From: Macrostomum hystrix
Taxonomy: Eukaryota; Animalia; Platyhelminthes
Length of the DNA stretch: 64,000 nt
Assembly: GCA_950097015.1 (NCBI GenBank)
Contig: CATNEN010000007.1
Location: 6,820,001 to 6,884,000, forward strand
Direction: 5' to 3'
Positions 24,701 through 36,700 of this stretch are shown here, piece after piece. The position numbers were made by a program, and so were the translations under genes. Within the stretch, counting starts at the first letter, position 1. Each line of letters starts with the position of its first letter. Below the pieces are notes generated by a model, which was given only the letters and a program-made list of their open reading frames with translations, was not told the origin of the DNA and made no database searches.

Positions 24701-27700
24701 CACGTCGGGACCCTTGACTTTGGGACCCTTCAGTCCGAAGCTGGGCATCTTGAAGTGCGGTCCCTTGATCTTCGGACCCTTCACGTCAATGTCCACGTCT
24801 GGCTTCTTCAGTTTTAGATCGGCATCTAGGTCGACGTCGAGATGTGGAGCCTTCACGTCAATGTCAATGTCCGGCTTCTTCACGTCGATATCAACATGCG
24901 GAGCGTCGATGTCAATGTCCACGTCGGGGACCCTTGACTTTGGGACCCTTCAGTCCGAAGCTGGGCATCTTGAAGTGCGGTCCCTTGATCTTCGGACCCT
25001 TCACGTCAATGTCCACGTCTGGCTTCTTCAGTTTTAGATCGGCATCTAGGTCGACGTCGAGATGTGGAGCCTTCACGTCAATGTCAATGTCCGGCTTCTT
25101 CACGTCGATATCACATGCGGAGCGTCGATGTCAATGTCCACGTCGGGACCCTTGACTTTGGGACCCTTCAGTCCGAAGCTGGGCATCTTGAAGTGCGGTC
25201 CCTTGATCTTCGGACCCTTCACGTCAATGTCCACGTCTGGCTTCTTCAGTTTTAGATCGGCATCTAGGTCGACGTCGAGATGTGGAGCCTTCACGTCAAT
25301 GTCAATGTCCGGCTTCTTCACGTCGATATCAACATGCGGAGCGTCGATGTCAATGTCCACGTCGGGACCCTTGACTTTGGGACCCTTCAGTCCGAAGCTG
25401 GGCATCTTGAAGTGCGGTCCCTTGATCTTCGGACCCTTCACGTCAATGTCCACGTCTGGCTTCTTCAGTTTTAGATCGGCATCTAGGTCGACGTCGAGAT
25501 GTGGAGCCTTCACGTCAATGTCAATGTCCGGCTTCTTCACGTCGATATCAACATGCGGAGCGTCGATGTCAATGTCCACGTCGGGACCCTTGACTTTGGG
25601 ACCCTTCAGTCCGAAGCTGGGCATCTTGAAGTGCGGTCCCTTGATCTTCGGACCCTTCACGTCAATGTCCACGTCTGGCTTCTTCAGTTTTAGATCGGCA
25701 TCTAGGTCGACGTCGAGATGTGGAGCCTTCACGTCAATGTCAATGTCCGGCTTCTTCACGTCGATATCAACATGCGGAGCGTCGATGTCAATGTCCACGT
25801 CGGGACCCTTGACTTTGGGACCCTTCAGTCCGAAGCTGGGCATCTTGAAGTGCGGTCCCTTGATCTTCGGACCCTTCACGTCAATGTCCACGTCTGGCTT
25901 CTTCAGTTTTAGATCGGCATCTAGGTCGACGTCGAGATGTGGAGCCTTCACGTCAATGTCAATGTCCGGCTTCTTCACGTCGATATCAACATGCGGAGCG
26001 TCGATGTCAATGTCCACGTCGGGACCCTTGACTTTGGGACCCTTCAGTCCGAAGCTGGGCATCTTGAAGTGCGGTCCCTTGATCTTCGGACCCTTCACGT
26101 CAATGTCCACGTCTGGCTTCTTCAGTTTTAGATCGGCATCTAGGTCGACGTCGAGATGTGGAGCCTTCACGTCAATGTCAATGTCCGGCTTCTTCACGTC
26201 GATATCAACATGCGGAGCGTCGATGTCAATGTCCACGTCGGGACCCTTGACTTTGGGACCCTTCAGTCCGAAGCTGGGCATCTTGAAGTGCGGTCCCTTG
26301 ATCTTCGGACCCTTCACGTCAATGTCCACGTCTGGCTTCTTCAGTTTTAGATCGGCATCTAGGTCGACGTCGAGATGTGGAGCCTTCACGTCAATGTCAA
26401 TGTCCGGCTTCTTCACGTCGATATCAACATGCGGAGCGTCGATGTCAATGTCCACGTCGGGGACCCTTGACTTTGGGACCCTTCAGTCCGAAGCTGGGCA
26501 TCTTGAAGTGCGGTCCCTTGATCTTCGGACCCTTCACGTCAATGTCCACGTCTGGCTTCTTCAGTTTTAGATCGGCATCTAGGTCGACGTCGAGATGTGG
26601 AGCCTTCACGTCAATGTCAATGTCCGGCTTCTTCACGTCGATATCAACATGCGGAGCGTCGATGTCAATGTCCACGTCGGGACCCTTGACTTTGGGACCC
26701 TTCAGTCCGAAGCTGGGCATCTTGAAGTGCGGTCCCTTGATCTTCGGACCCTTCACGTCAATGTCCACGTCTGGCTTCTTCAGTTTTAGATCGGCATCTA
26801 GGTCGACGTCGAGATGTGGAGCCTTCACGTCAATGTCAATGTCCGGCTTCTTCACGTCGATATCAACATGCGGAGCGTCGATGTCAATGTCCACGTCGGG
26901 ACCCTTGACTTTGGGACCCTTCAGTCCGAAGCTGGGCATCTTGAAGTGCGGTCCCTTGATCTTCGGACCCTTCACGTCAATGTCCACGTCTGGCTTCTTC
27001 AGTTTTAGATCGGCATCTAGGTCGACGTCGAGATGTGGAGCCTTCACGTCAATGTCAATGTCCGGCTTCTTCACGTCGATATCAACATGCGGAGCGTCGA
27101 TGTCAATGTCCACGTCGGGACCCTTGACTTTGGGACCCTTCAGTCCGAAGCTGGGCATCTTGAAGTGCGGTCCCTTGATCTTCGGACCCTTCACGTCAAT
27201 GTCCACGTCTGGCTTCTTCAGTTTTAGATCGGCATCTAGGTCGACGTCGAGATGTGGAGCCTTCACGTCAATGTCAATGTCCGGCTTCTTCACGTCGATA
27301 TCAACATGCGGAGCGTCGATGTCAATGTCCACGTCGGGACCCTTGACTTTGGGACCCTTCAGTCCGAAGCTGGGCATCTTGAAGTGCGGTCCCTTGATCT
27401 TCGGACCCTTCACGTCAATGTCCACGTCTGGCTTCTTCAGTTTTAGATCGGCATCTAGGTCGACGTCGAGATGTGGAGCCTTCACGTCAATGTCAATGTC
27501 CGGCTTCTTCACGTCGATATCAACATGCGGAGCGTCGATGTCAATGTCCACGTCGGGACCCTTGACTTTGGGACCCTTCAGTCCGAAGCTGGGCATCTTG
27601 AAGTGCGGTCCCTTGATCTTCGGACCCTTCACGTCAATGTCCACGTCTGGCTTCTTCAGTTTTAGATCGGCATCTAGGTCGACGTCGAGATGTGGAGCCT

Positions 27701-30700
27701 TCACGTCAATGTCAATGTCCGGCTTCTTCACGTCGATATCAACATGCGGAGCGTCGATGTCAATGTCCACGTCGGGACCCTTGACTTTGGGACCCTTCAG
27801 TCCGAAGCTGGGCATCTTGAAGTGCGGTCCCTTGATCTTCGGACCCTTCACGTCAATGTCCACGTCTGGCTTCTTCAGTTTTAGATCGGCATCTAGGTCG
27901 ACGTCGAGATGTGGAGCCTTCACGTCAATGTCAATGTCCGGCTTCTTCACGTCGATATCAACATGCGGAGCGTCGATGTCAATGTCCACGTCGGGGACCC
28001 TTGACTTTGGGACCCTTCAGTCCGAAGCTGGGCATCTTGAAGTGCGGTCCCTTGATCTTCGGACCCTTCACGTCAATGTCCACGTCTGGCTTCTTCAGTT
28101 TTAGATCGGCATCTAGGTCGACGTCGAGATGTGGAGCCTTCACGTCAATGTCAATGTCCGGCTTCTTCACGTCGATATCAACATGCGGAGCGTCGATGTC
28201 AATGTCCACGTCGGGGCCCTTGACTTTGGGACCCTTCAGTCCGAAGCTGGGCATCTTGAAGTGCGGTCCCTTGATCTTCGGACCCTTCACGTCAATGTCC
28301 ACGTCTGGCTTCTTCAGTTTTAGATCGGCATCTAGGTCGACGTCGAGATGTGGAGCCTTCACGTCAATGTCAATGTCCGGCTTCTTCACGTCGATATCAA
28401 CATGCGGAGCGTCGATGTCAATGTCCACGTCGGGACCCTTGACTTTGGGACCCTTCAGTCCGAAGCTGGGCATCTTGAAGTGCGGTCCCTTGATCTTCGG
28501 ACCCTTCACGTCAATGTCCACGTCTGGCTTCTTCAGTTTTAGATCGGCATCTAGGTCGACGTCGAGATGTGGAGCCTTCACGTCAATGTCAATGTCCGGC
28601 TTCTTCACGTCGATATCAACATGCGGAGCGTCGATGTCAATGTCCACGTCGGGACCCTTGACTTTGGGACCCTTCAGTCCGAAGCTGGGCATCTTGAAGT
28701 GCGGTCCCTTGATCTTCGGACCCTTCACGTCAATGTCCACGTCTGGCTTCTTCAGTTTTAGATCGGCATCTAGGTCGACGTCGAGATGTGGAGCCTTCAC
28801 GTCAATGTCAATGTCCGGCTTCTTCACGTCGATATCAACATGCGGAGCGTCGATGTCAATGTCCACGTCGGGACCCTTGACTTTGGGACCCTTCAGTCCG
28901 AAGCTGGGCATCTTGAAGTGCGGTCCCTTGATCTTCGGACCCTTCACGTCAATGTCCACGTCTGGCTTCTTCAGTTTTAGATCGGCATCTAGGTCGACGT
29001 CGAGATGTGGAGCCTTCACGTCGATATCAGCATGCGGAGCGTCGATGTCAATGTCCACGTCGGGACCCTTGACTTTGGGACCCTTCAGTCCGAAGCTGGG
29101 CATCTTGAAGTGCGGTCCCTTGATCTTCGGACCCTTCACGTCAATGTCCACGTCTGGCTTCTTCAGTTTTTAGATCGGCATCTAGGTCGACGTCGAGATG
29201 TGGAGCCTTCACGTCAATGTCAATGTCCGGCTTCTTCACGTCGATATCAACATGCGGAGCGTCGATGTCAATGTCCACGTCGGGGCCCTTGACTTTGGGA
29301 CCCTTCAGTCCGAAGCTGGGCATCTTGAAGTGCGGTCCCTTGATCTTCGGACCCTTCACGTCAATGTCCACGTCTGGCTTCTTCAGTTTTAGATCGGCAT
29401 CTAGGTCGACGTCGAGATGTGGAGCCTTCACGTCAATGTCAATGTCCGGCTTCTTCACGTCGATATCAACATGCGGAGCGTCGATGTCAATGTCCACGTC
29501 GGGACCCTTGACTTTGGGACCCTTCAGTCCGAAGCTGGGCATCTTGAAGTGCGGTCCCTTGATCTTCGGACCCTTCACGTCAATGTCCACGTCTGGCTTC
29601 TTCAGTTTTAGATCGGCATCTAGGTCGACGTCGAGATGTGGAGCCTTCACGTCAATGTCAATGTCCGGCTTCTTCACGTCGATATCAACATGCGGAGCGT
29701 CGATGTCAATGTCCACGTCGGGGACCCTTGACTTTGGGACCCTTCAGTCCGAAGCTGGGCATCTTGAAGTGCGGTCCCTTGATCTTCGGACCCTTCACGT
29801 CAATGTCCACGTCTGGCTTCTTCAGTTTTAGATCGGCATCTAGGTCGACGTCGAGATGTGGAGCCTTCACGTCAATGTCAATGTCCGGCTTCTTCACGTC
29901 GATATCAACATGCGGAGCGTCGATGTCAATGTCCACGTCGGGGCCCTTGACTTTGGGACCCTTCAGTCCGAAGCTGGGCATCTTGAAGTGCGGTCCCTTG
30001 ATCTTCGGACCCTTCACGTCAATGTCCACGTCTGGCTTCTTCAGTTTTAGATCGGCATCTAGGTCGACGTCGAGATGTGGAGCCTTCACGTCGATATCAG
30101 CATGCGGAGCGTCGATGTCAATGTCCACGTCGGGACCCTTGACTTTGGGACCCTTCAGTCCGAAGCTGGGCATCTTGAAGTGCGGTCCCTTGATCTTCGG
30201 ACCCTTCACGTCAATGTCCACGTCTGGCTTCTTCAGTTTTAGATCGGCATCTAGGTCGACGTCGAGATGTGGAGCCTTCACGTCAATGTCAATGTCCGGC
30301 TTCTTCACGTCGATATCAACATGCGGAGCGTCGATGTCAATGTCCACGTCGGGGCCCTTGACTTTGGGACCCTTCAGTCCGAAGCTGGGCATCTTGAAGT
30401 GCGGTCCCTTGATCTTCGGACCCTTCACGTCAATGTCCACGTCTGGCTTCTTCAGTTTTAGATCGGCATCTAGGTCGACGTCGAGATGTGGAGCCTTCAC
30501 GTCAATGTCAATGTCCGGCTTCTTCACGTCGATATCAACATGCGGAGCGTCGATGTCAATGTCCACGTCGGCGACCCTTGACTTTGGGACCCTTCAGTCC
30601 GAAGCTGGGCATCTTGAAGTGCGGTCCCTTGATCTTCGGACCCTTCACGTCAATGTCCACGTCTGGCTTCTTCAGTTTTAGATCGGCATCTAGGTCGACG

Positions 30701-33700
30701 TCGAGATGTGGAGCCTTCACGTCAATGTCAATGTCCGGCTTCTTCACGTCGATATCAACATGCGGAGCGTCGATGTCAATGTCCACGTCGGGACCCTTGA
30801 CTTTGGGACCCTTCAGTCCGAAGCTGGGCATCTTGAAGTGCGGTCCCTTGATCTTCGGACCCTTCACGTCAATGTCCACGTCTGGCTTCTTCAGTTTTAG
30901 ATCGGCATCTAGGTCGACGTCGAGATGTGGAGCCTTCACGTCAATGTCAATGTCCGGCTTCTTCACGTCGATATCAACATGCGGAGCGTCGATGTCAATG
31001 TCCACGTCGGGACCCTTGACTTTGGGACCCTTCAGTCCGAAGCTGGGCATCTTGAAGTGCGGTCCCTTGATCTTCGGACCCTTCACGTCAATGTCCACGT
31101 CTGGCTTCTTCAGTTTTAGATCGGCATCTAGGTCGACGTCGAGATGTGGAGCCTTCACGTCAATGTCAATGTCCGGCTTCTTCACGTCGATATCAACATG
31201 CGGAGCGTCGATGTCAATGTCCACGTCGGGACCCTTGACTTTGGGACCCTTCAGTCCGAAGCTGGGCATCTTGAAGTGCGGTCCCTTGATCTTCGGACCC
31301 TTCACGTCAATGTCCACGTCTGGCTTCTTCAGTTTTAGATCGGCATCTAGGTCGACGTCGAGATGTGGAGCCTTCACGTCAATGTCAATGTCCGGCTTCT
31401 TCAAGTCGATATCAACATGCGGAGCGTCGATGTCAATGTCCACGTCGGGGCCCTTGACTTTGGGACCCTTCAGTCCGAAGCTGGGCGATCTTGAAGTGCG
31501 GTCCCTTGATCTTCGGACCCTTCACGTCAATGTCCACGTCTGGCTTCTTCAGTTTTAGATCGGCATCTAGGTCGACGTCGAGATGTGGAGCCTTCACGTC
31601 AATGTCAATGTCCGGCTTCTTCACGTCGATATCAACATGCGGAGCGTCGATGTCAATGTCCACGTCGGGACCCTTGACTTTGGGACCCTTCAGTCCGAAG
31701 CTGGGCATCTTGAAGTGCGGTCCCTTGATCTTCGGACCCTTCACGTCAATGTCCACGTCTGGCTTCTTCAGTTTTAGATCGGCATCTAGGTCGACGTCGA
31801 GATGTGGAGCCTTCACGTCAATGTCAATGTCCGGCTTCTTCACGTCGATATCAACATGCGGAGCGTCGATGTCAATGTCCACGTCGGGACCCTTGACTTT
31901 GGGACCCTTCAGTCCGAAGCTGGGCATCTTGAAGTGCGGTCCCTTGATCTTCGGACCCTTCACGTCAATGTCCACGTCTGGCTTCTTCAGTTTTAGATCG
32001 GCATCTAGGTCGACGTCGAGATGTGGAGCCTTCACGTCGATATCAACATGCGGAGCGTCGATGTCAATGTCCACGTCGGGACCCTTGACTTTGGGACCCT
32101 TCAGTCCGAAGCTGGGCATCTTGAAGTGCGGTCCCTTTATCTTCGGACCCTTCACGTCAATGTCCACGTCTGGCTTCTTCAGTTTTAGATCGGCATCTAG
32201 GTCGACGTCGAGATGTGGAGCCTTCACGTCGATATCAACATGCGGAGCGTCGATGTCAATGTCCACGTCGGGACCCTTGACTTTGGGACCCTTCAGTCCG
32301 AAGCTGGGCATCTTGAAGTGCGGTCCCTTGATCTTCGGACCCTTCACGTCAATGTCCACGTCTGGCTTCTTCAGTTTTAGATCGGCATCTAGGTCGACGT
32401 CGAGATGTGGAGCCTTCACGTCAATGTCAATGTCCGGCTTCTTCACGTCGATATCAACATGCGGAGCGTCGATGTCAATGTCCACGTCGGGGCCCTTGAC
32501 TTTTGGACCCTTCGGTCCGAAGCTGGGCATCTTGAAGTGCGGTCCCTTGATCTTCGGACCCTTCACGTCAATGTCCACGTCTGGCTTCTTCAGTTTTAGT
32601 TCGGCATCTAACTGAACGTCAATATTTGTTCTATACTGTGTGTCTTTTGGGAACTGTTCGTCTGCTGCTGAAGCTTGTGAAATTATTTTTGATTCTTTTT
32701 TGTCTCTAATTTTGTCGCCATTGTTGTGTTCTTTTGAATCGGTGTGGTCTTCTCTCTTTGTTTTTATATTCCAGGGGATTTTTAGTCCAGATTCCAATTC
32801 GATCGCCTTCTTTGGCAAAATTGCTTCTGGAAGATTTTAGTAGCAGTTATTGGTGCAGTTTTCATTATGAAGTATGTGCGAGTAGTGCTCTTGTACTGCT
32901 TACATGCTTTTAGTAGCCAGTTAGTAGCTGCCAGTTTTCATTTGTTTTATTCCTACGCTAGTACCTATTGCTAGTGTACTTACCTGTTTCTACTTCCACT
33001 TGAAGGTCTAGCGGCTCCGAAATCGCGGGATTAATGGAGACATCACCGTGGTCGGTGTCCGAGGACTCATCGATATCCTCAATGTCAAGAAATTCCACAG
33101 AAGTGAACTCCGCTTCTCCATCCAGCATGAGCATGTGAATCAAGCCGTGGAGGCTGTCGTGTTCTATTGAAGATAATACTTCATCGTTAAGGCGCACCTG
33201 AATTTAATAAGAAATGGTAAACGTAAGAACAGTTTGGACTAATTAGGAGACGCGAGTTTTAGGAGACAGACTAAAATTTAGTTACTGATAGAACGAACAT
33301 TGAGTTACATGCGACCATCTACTTATGGCTTTGGAACTTCTTACGAAATATTTAAAATTTGAGAAAATGTATTTGCTACAAAGTTTACTAGTAAAGTAAA
33401 GCTACGAGTTTACCTCGTAATATTCGTCCTCGACCAGAATTTGCACTGTAAAGTTGCTGCTGGTGCGAAACTCGCCCTTACACTTGCCCATCTTCACCCG
33501 ATCGCTATTTCCGGGATCTGGTTGAGAATAGAGCTCAAAGTGACCGCCTCTGTTGATGCTGACCCGCAGGGGAACCTGCCGCTCCGGACTACCACTGGGC
33601 TGCTTGCAGGCCAGCTCCAGCACCACTCTGTAGGTTGTAACAATAATTTTTCTGTTCGTTAAGAATACAAAAATCAAAAATTATTTTGTACCTGAATCTC

Positions 33701-36700
33701 TAAGCTATCGAACCACTGTCTAAAGATTTTGTGTCATGTAGTTTTCCTCTTCAGAGTTATCAGTGTTGAATAGGGCACTGCTCGCTTGGATAGATGAGTG
33801 GCATGAGTGGCACTCACCGGTGTCCAGTTAAGATTCCTTTGATCTCGACGCAGTCTCCCGCAATCAGGCCGTCAGGAATGTCGTATGTGAACTGCGTGCC
33901 CTGCGGAAAATATGCATGCAGGGCGCATTCAAACAAAGCATCAGCAAGTTCTTTGGACATCAAGAAAATCAGCAAGCAGATCGATTGGGTCACACAAAAA
34001 TTCTGACGAATACCTTCAGCAAGTCTTACTGATTGCTACTTTTATGCTACCTGGTTCTGTAAAAACTGCGTCGTCTGAAAGGTGGACTTGCTATGCATTC
34101 TAGCTTTTTGTTCTCTTTCTAAGTCTGCCTATTTCAGTCTTCTCCAGCGGTTCTTTCTCAAACACTCGCCCAGACTGGGTGACAAGTGCTTGCATTTGTT
34201 TTTTCTGTTTTCCATATATGTGGTTGCATTGAATAGCCCACTGTGGGTCATCTACGAGCTCAGGATTTTGTCTCTTGAGGTATGCGCTCGGATATTTTAA
34301 CAAATTTGCTCAACTGCGAAATACCAATTTTGTCGGATGGCCCGAAGGACAAAAATAACTTTCCTCCGCTTCGGTGCAAACCTCGGCGAAGGCCTTTCAG
34401 CCCAGTGAATGCCCCGACCGCAGTGAATGCGCGGCAAATGCAACCTTGGCATTGGTAGATTCTACGGCGGTACTATAGCTCAGCTGATACCTGTACGCCG
34501 TATGCAAATCAAACCTCAGCTAATACAAACCTTAGACCTGTGCACACCTGACTTCTTTTTCTTATTTTGTTTTTGCGACGAAAAAACAAACTTCACATTA
34601 ATTCTTGCTAACTCGATATAAAGGTAATGGACATAAGTCGCCTAGGTGGGTACTTCAGTTTTGTATCGAATCGCGCTCTCGAGGGGGAACGAATGTGGGT
34701 GTTAATGCACAAGGAATGCCATTAAATCATACTAAAGTGAGCCGTCCAACCAAGGCTAGCATTTTGCAATCATCAGCTTTGAAAAGTATTTTTAATCGAG
34801 GCAAAAGCGGAGGCTTGATAGTACTTCGCTTCTGTGTTGTCTCTTTCAACGAATTGTTAGTCTGAGTCAAAGAGACAAGGACCAGTCGAAACCGACGTAA
34901 AATTTCCTATTGTTCAGTTTGAATCGACTGTCCATCTCGAAGTTTAAATTCGGCAGAAAAATGCTAACAATCGCATTAATTGCGTTAAACTAAAATTGCG
35001 TTAATTATCTTCTCATTTTAACGTGGAAATGTCGCATTTTTTATTTCACCTTTCTCCACAGGCAGTACTTGACACTTGGAGTTACACCGGCATCGTCCGA
35101 TAGGGACGCCGAATCGGCTGATCGTTTCGTTGAGGCGAGCTTCAGCATAGCAGGCTGACTGGGTGATGTAGGGCCTGCTTCCAGCCTCCAAGCATCTGCG
35201 ACTGCAAGACTGCTATATCTCTCACACGCTTGGACTTTCCAACTGTCTATTGTCACTTTCTGGGCTGCAGAATCGGACCAACACGCTACAGTGCGCTGGG
35301 TGTTTCGCTGGCTTAGAAAAGAATGTTGTTTTTATGCGGCGCCAGAAGGAGGTGGGGAGCCGGCTCGCCCAGCCACCGCAGGTGCTGTTCTCTCCCCTTA
35401 CCTACTGCAACCCTCTCGCCGCTCCGTCGAGCTCCACCCTGCCTTCACTTCTCCCAGACCGTGTACTCCGGTCCGATAGCGCCAGGGCTCTCTCTCGCTC
35501 TCGTGGACTATTCGAGCGCAAACAAGCTCGAAGCGCACGCGCTCGGAGGGAGTGAGGTTGGCCTCACTGCAGTTGCGGCTGCTAGACAAATCTGTCCTTG
35601 GCTTTTTTGAAGGAAATTCAAACCGCGCCAGGCGCAGAGAGAATGGGGCAGAGAAGAAAATCTCTGAGCAAAAAACGTCAAGTTTTATTTTCTTGTTCTC
35701 ATTTTTGTTCGCATCTTCTGGCAGCATTCCATTCGCATTTTGTTTGGCCCCACCTCAAAGGAGTCCGAAAGCAGAGGGCTTAAGTGTTGTAGCTATTCGT
35801 AGATTCAGGCTTTGAGTTCTATCTATTGTCTTTCGCCCACCGTAGCTCTCTATTGTTCTCTGGATTACACTTCAAAACCATCGCGTGGGCTCGGCCCCTC
35901 GCCTCCAGCCGCCCGGGACCAGCGAGTGGAAAGCGACAATCAGCAACCCTGAGCGCATATATTTGTGTTTTATCACAAATTCCAGTCATTCCTCCCTTAG
36001 CCAAGCAGAAGAGTCCTTTGCCAAGTCTTCGGCCGTCCTTTTAGTGGCCCCTTCTCAGCTTGCTAAATCTTGTTAAGCTGGACTGACAAAGAAGAGGCTT
36101 GGTGAGTGGAGAATGCACTCACAATGCCAGTGAGTAGTTTATGGCTCTAGCCTATGCGACAGTCCTCAAAGCACGTGTTGGTTAAATTTAAGGCAGCTCT
36201 GAATTAGTTCATTCATTGAGCTCAATGTGCATGGTCTCAAATGCTGCATTCACGTCTCCAGTTATCAACTGGTGTCTTCGGAGAGACCGCCCCACTCCTA
36301 ACTTTCGCCTCGCCTCTGCCTTTGCTGGCGCTTTCTCTGAATGCTCTCTACCTGCTTTTTGCTTCCCATCCGGTACTCACCTGCTGTCTACCCGCTACCT
36401 ACCTGCTGTCTACCCGCTAACTACTTGCTGTCTACCCGCTACCTACCTGCGGTCTACCTGCTACCTACCTGCTGTCTACCTACCTGCTGTTTACCCGCTA
36501 CCTACCTGCTGTCTACCCGCTACCTACCTGCTGTCTACGCGCTACCTACCTGCTGTCTACGCGCTACCTACCTGCTGTCTACCCGCTACCTACCTGCTGT
36601 CTACGCGCTACCTACCTGCTGTCTACGCGCTACCTACCTGCGGTCTACCCGCTACCTACCTGCTGTCTACGCGCTACCTACCTGCGGTCTACCCGCTACC

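Noticed and set aside
16481-32615. Long plus-strand ORFs (up to 2705 aa) and many 64-aa ORFs antisense to the repeat exon
   Set aside because: Shadow frames of the coding repeat. Only the minus frame continues into unique flanks and splice sites.
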